Of a stretch of DNA of 64,000 bases, positions 58,914 through 64,000 are shown one piece after another (the stretch's first letter is position 1; every line of letters begins with the position of its first letter). The stretch is from assembly GCF_009914755.1 (NCBI RefSeq), contig NC_060927.1; one strand, given 5' to 3'. The DNA is from the human T2T-CHM13v2.0 reference genome, Homo sapiens. Position numbers and translations under genes: made by a program. The notes below the pieces were generated by a model that was not told the DNA's origin, did no database searches, and saw only the letters and a list, made by a program, of their open reading frames with translations.

Positions 58914-61900
58914 GGGATTGGAGGTCAAGATGATCAATTAGAAGCAGCTGCAGTCTGTGGCACTCACAGAGAGGAATGAAAAAACAAGTGAATCCAGGAT
59001 CTTCAACTGAAATATCCAGGTTCTCACATTAGAACTGACTAGGCAAACAACTCAAAGAAAAGCAGGGTGGGGTGATGGCCCACCCAGGTGTGGCACACAG
59101 CCAAAGAAACCCCCACCCCCAGCCAAGGGAAGCAGTGAGTAATTGTGCAGCCTGGCCCAGGAAACCACACTTCTCCACAGAGCTTTGCAACCCACTGATC
59201 AGGGGATCCCCTCATGAGCCCACACCACTAGGGCCTTGGGTCTGCTACACAGGGCTCTGTGAAGTCTTGGCAGAGCAACCACTCAGGCACACACAGAGAC
59301 CCAGGAGTTTTATATTCTCCATCCCCAGGATCTCCAGCAAGGTGGAATATCTGTCTATACGTATCACTAGGAAGGGGACTGAATCCAGGGAGCCAAGCAG
59401 CACTCTTCTGTGGGCCCCACTTCCACATCACCTCACAAGATGAGAACCACTGGCTTGCAATTCCAGCTAGCCAATGGCAGTAGGCTGAAATCTTCCTGAG
59501 AGGTGACTGAGTTTCCAGAGAAAGGGGTGGTTACCATCTCTGAAGTTTGATAGACTCAGCCATTCCAGCCTGCCAGTGTTGGAGAACCCAAAGAGTCTGG
59601 ACAAGGAAATGTTCCCCAAAAGGCAGCACAGTTGCCTTGCCAGACTGGTCAGACTGATTCCTTAAGAGGGAACCCAATCCATTCCTCCTCACTGGGCAGG
59701 ACTTCTCTGTGGGGGCTTCAGCCAATCCAGCCACGGATAGAGCTCTGATCTCTCCCTGTGACAGAGCTCCCAGTGGGGAGGGGCAGCTGCCATCTCTGTG
59801 GTTCAATAGATGCAGCCATTCCAGGCTTTGAAGAACCCAAATGGTCTAGACAAGGAAGGGTCCCCCCACCAACACAGGACACCTGCTCTACAAAGAAGTA
59901 GACAGACTGTGTCTTTAAGCAGGTTCCCTGATCCCATTCCTTGTGACTTGGTGAGAACTCCTAACAGGGGTCTCCTGCCACCTCTTACAGGCATGCTTGG
60001 GCTGGCAACAGGTCAGTACCCACCTGGAACAAAGTTTCCAGATGAACGATCAGGCTGCCCTCTTTGCTGTTTCCCAGGCTTCACTGGTGACATCTCCAGG
60101 TATGGGAAAAACCAAGGCAACTAGGGTCTGAAGTGGACCCCCAGAAAACCAAAGTAGTCCTATGGAAGAGTGGCGTGTTAAAACAAACAGACAAACAAAC
60201 AGAAAACAAAAACAACATCAACAAAAAAATACCCCACAAAAACCTTATTCAAAGGTCAGCAACCTCAAAAACTGAAGGTAGATAAGCCCACAAAGATGAG
60301 AAAGAATCAATGCAAAAATGCTGAAAACTCAGAAATCAAGAGTGCCTCTTCTCCTCCAAATGACCACAATCCCTCTCCAGCAAGGGCATAGAACTGGGTA
60401 GAGGCTGAGGTGGCTTAATTGGCAGAAGTAGATTTCAGAAGATGGGTAATAATGAACTTCACTGAGCTAAAGGAGCATGTTGTAACCCAATGCAAAGCTA
60501 AGAATAATGATAAAGCAATACAGGAGCTCATAACCAGAATAGCCAGTTTAGAAAGAAACATAACTGACCTGATGGTGCTGAAAAACACAACATGAGAACT
60601 TTACAGTGCAATCACAAGTAGCAACAGTTTACAAGCCAGATTAGACCAAGCAGAGGAAAGACTATCAGAGCTTTGAAGACTATCTTTCTGAAATAAGACA
60701 AGCAGACAAGAATGGAGAAAAAAATAAAAAGGAATGAACAAAATCTCTGAGAAATATGGGATTATGTAAAGGGACCAAACCTACAATTGATTGGAGCACC
60801 TGAAAGAGATAGGGAGAATGGAACAAAATTGGAAACATACTTTAGGATATCATCTAGGAGAAGTTCCCCAATGTAGCAAGACAGGCCAACATTCAAATTG
60901 AGGAACTGCAGAGAACCCCAGTAAGAAACCCATGAGAAGGTCAACCCCAAAACACATAATTATCAGATCCTCCAAGGTGGAAATGAGAGAAAAAAAAATG
61001 TTAAGGGCAGCCAGAGAGAAAGGCCAGGTCACCTACAAAGGGAAGCCCATCAGACTAACAGCAGACTTCCCAGCAGAAACCCTACAAGCCAGAAGAGATT
61101 GGGGGTCAATATTCAACATTCTTAAAGAAAAGAATTTCCAACCCAGAATTTCATATCCAGTCAAACCTAAGCTTCGTAAGTGAAGGAGAAATAAGATCCT
61201 TTTCAGACAAGCAAATGCTGAGAGAATTCATCACCACCAGGCCAGGCTTGTAAGAGCTCCTGAAAGAAACACTAAATAAGAAAGGAAAAACTGTTACCAC
61301 CCACTACAAAAACAGGCTGAATTCCACAGACCAGTGACACTATGAAGCAACCAAATAAACAAGTCTGCAAACTAACTGGCCACCATCACAATGATGGATC
61401 AAATTCACACATCACAATACTAATCTTAAATGTAAATGGGCTAAATGCCCCAATTTAAAGACACAGAATGGCAAGCTGGATAAAGAGCCAAGAGCCATCA
61501 GTATGCTGTCTTTAAGAGACCCATCTCACCTGCAAAGATGCACATAGGTTCAAAATAAAGGGATGAAGGAAATTTTACCAAGAAAATGGAAAATGGAAAA
61601 AAGCATGGGGTGCAATCCTAGTTTCTGACAAAACAGAATTTAAACCAACAAAGGTGAAAAAAAGACAAAGAAGGGCATTATGTAATGGTAAAGGGCTCAA
61701 TTCAACAAGAAGAGCTATCTTAAATATATATGCACCCAATACAGGAGCACCCACACTCATAAAGCAAGTTCTTAGAAACCTTCAAAGAGACTTAGAGTCC
61801 CTTACAATACAATAATAGTGGAAGAGTTTAACACTCCACTGACAATATTAGATACATCATCGAGATAAAAAATTAAGATACTCAAGACCTGAACTCAGCT

Positions 61901-64000
61901 CTGGCTCAAGTGGACTTGATAGATATCTACAGGACTTTTCACCCAAAACAAGAGAATATGCATTCTTCTCATTGCCACATGGCACTTACTCCAAATTCAT
62001 CACATAATTGGAAGTAAAACACTCCTCACCAAATGCAAAAGAACTGAAATTATAACAAACAGTCTCTCAGACCACAGCACAATCAAATTAGAACTCAAGA
62101 TTAAGAATTTACTCAATGCAACTACATGGAAATTGAACAACCTGCTCCTGAATGACTCCTGGGTAGATAATGAAATTAAGGCAGAAATCAAGAAGTTCTT
62201 TAAAACTACTAATAACAAACAGACAATGTACCAGAATCTCTGGGACACAGTTAAAGCAGTGTTAAGTGGGACATTTATAGCACTAAATGCCCACATCAAA
62301 AAGCTAGAAAGATCTCAAATTGACATCCTAACATCACAACTAAAAGAACTAGAGAACCAAGAGCAATCAAACCCCAAAACTAGCAGAACACAAGAAATAA
62401 CCAAGATCAGAGCTGAACTAAACTGAAGGAGATAAAGACAAAAAAAAATACTTTCAAGAAAAATTAATGAATCAATCCAGGAGCCAGTGTTTTGAAAAAA
62501 ATTAATAAAATAGATAGACAGCTAGCTAGTCTAATAAAGAGGAAAAGAGAGAAGAATCAAATAAACACAATCAGAAATGACAAGGTGGATATCACCACTG
62601 ATGCCACAGGAACACAAACAACCATCAGAGAATATTATAAACACCTTTATGCATATGAACTAGAAAATCTAGAAGAAATGGATAAATTTCTGGACACATA
62701 CATCCTCCCAAAACTGAACTGGAAAGAAATTGAATCCCTGAATAGACCAATAATGAGTTCTGAAATTTAGGCAGTAATAAATAGCCTACCAATAAATAAA
62801 AGCCTAGGACCAGAGAGATATACAGCTACATTCTACCAGAGATACAAAGAAGAGCTGGAGCCATTTCTACTGAAACTATTCCAAAAAAAATGGAAAAAAA
62901 GGGACTCCTCCTTAACTCATTCTATGAGGCCAGCATTATCCTGAGACTGACATCTGGCAGAGATACAACAAAAAAAGGAAACTTCAAGCCAATAACCTTG
63001 ATAAACCTCAATGCAAAAATTATCAACAAAATATTGGCAAACCAAATCCTGCAGCACATCAAAAAGCTTAGCCACCACGACCAAGTTGCCTTCATCCCTG
63101 GGATACAAGGTTGGTTCAGCATATGCATATCAATAAATGTGATTCATCACAAAAACAAAACCAAAGACAAAAAACACATGATTATCTCAATAGACACAGA
63201 ATAGGCCTTTGATAAAATTCACATTCCTTCATGTTAAAAACTCTCAAACTAGGTATTGAATAAACATACTTCAAAATAATAAGAGCCATCTATGACAAAC
63301 CCATAGCCAATATCATACTGAATGGGCAAAAGCTGGAAGCATTCCACTTGAAAACCGGCACAAGAAAAGGATGCCCACTTTCATCACTCCTATTCAACAT
63401 AGTATTAGAAATTCTGGCCAGGCAAATCAGGCAAGAGAAAGAAAGACAGGGTATTCAAATAGGAAGAAAGGAAGTCAGATTATCTTTGTTTTTTTGAAGA
63501 TGACCTAATCCTGTATCTAGAAGACCCCACTGTCTCAGCCCAAATGCTCCTTAAACTGATATCAACTTCAGCACAGTCTCAGGATACAAAATCAATGTGC
63601 AAAAATTGCTGGTATTCCTATGCACCAAAAACAGGCAAAGAGCCAAATCATGAATGAACTTCCATTCACAACTGCCACAAAAAAATAAAATACCTAGAAA
63701 TACAGCTAACAAGGGATGTGAAGGACCTATTTAAGGGATCTACAAATCACTGCTCAAAGAAATCAGAGGACACAAATAAATGGACAAACATTCCATGCTC
63801 GTGGATAGGAAGAATCAATATTATGAAAATGGTGATACTGTCTAAAACAATTTATAGATTCAATGCTATTCCCACTAAACTACCATTGACATTCTTCACA
63901 GAATTAGAAAAAAAACTATTTTAAACTTCATATGAAACCAAAAAAGAGCCTAAATAGCCAAGGCAATCCTAAGCAAAAAGAACAAAGCTGGAAGTATCAT
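58914..64000 (+). mobile_element. L1 (L1PA8-13/L1P3-like) with 5'UTR, disrupted ORF1 (~60297) and ORF2 (~61392), running off the window
   Basis: 5' end caagatgatcaattagaagcagctgc; ORF1/ORF2 peptides in the track; multiple stops and frameshifts. Confidence 0.93.

Overview
AT-rich primate (human-like) genomic DNA, mostly transposon-derived: stacked L1 copies of many ages (L1ME/MC/MD, L1MA, L1PB, L1PA), six Alus, a solo LTR12 (ERV9), a decayed ERVL gag-pol-dUTPase segment, MaLR/ERVL LTRs, MIR/L2 and hAT relics. There is no intact protein-coding gene. Nearly all supplied ORFs are broken L1/ERV frames or antisense shadows. The non-repeat gaps hold the interest. (1) At 2.0-5.1 kb, three decayed minus-strand frames align by eye with Borna disease virus matrix (M) and nucleoprotein (N), suggesting a cluster of endogenous bornavirus-like elements; a weaker N-like candidate lies at 23.3-23.9 kb. 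(2) An L1PB carries a 3'-transduced, open, splice-site-flanked NKG2/KLRC lectin exon, with poly(A) signal and TSD. (3) A spliced KRAB-ZNF mRNA piece is fused to the 5' end of an L1 (probable 5' transduction). (4) There is an orphan 35-bp satellite patch and a templated-insertion deletion scar. Viral and gene similarities come from remembered reference sequences aligned by eye and need database confirmation. Repeat subfamily names and old-repeat boundaries are approximate.
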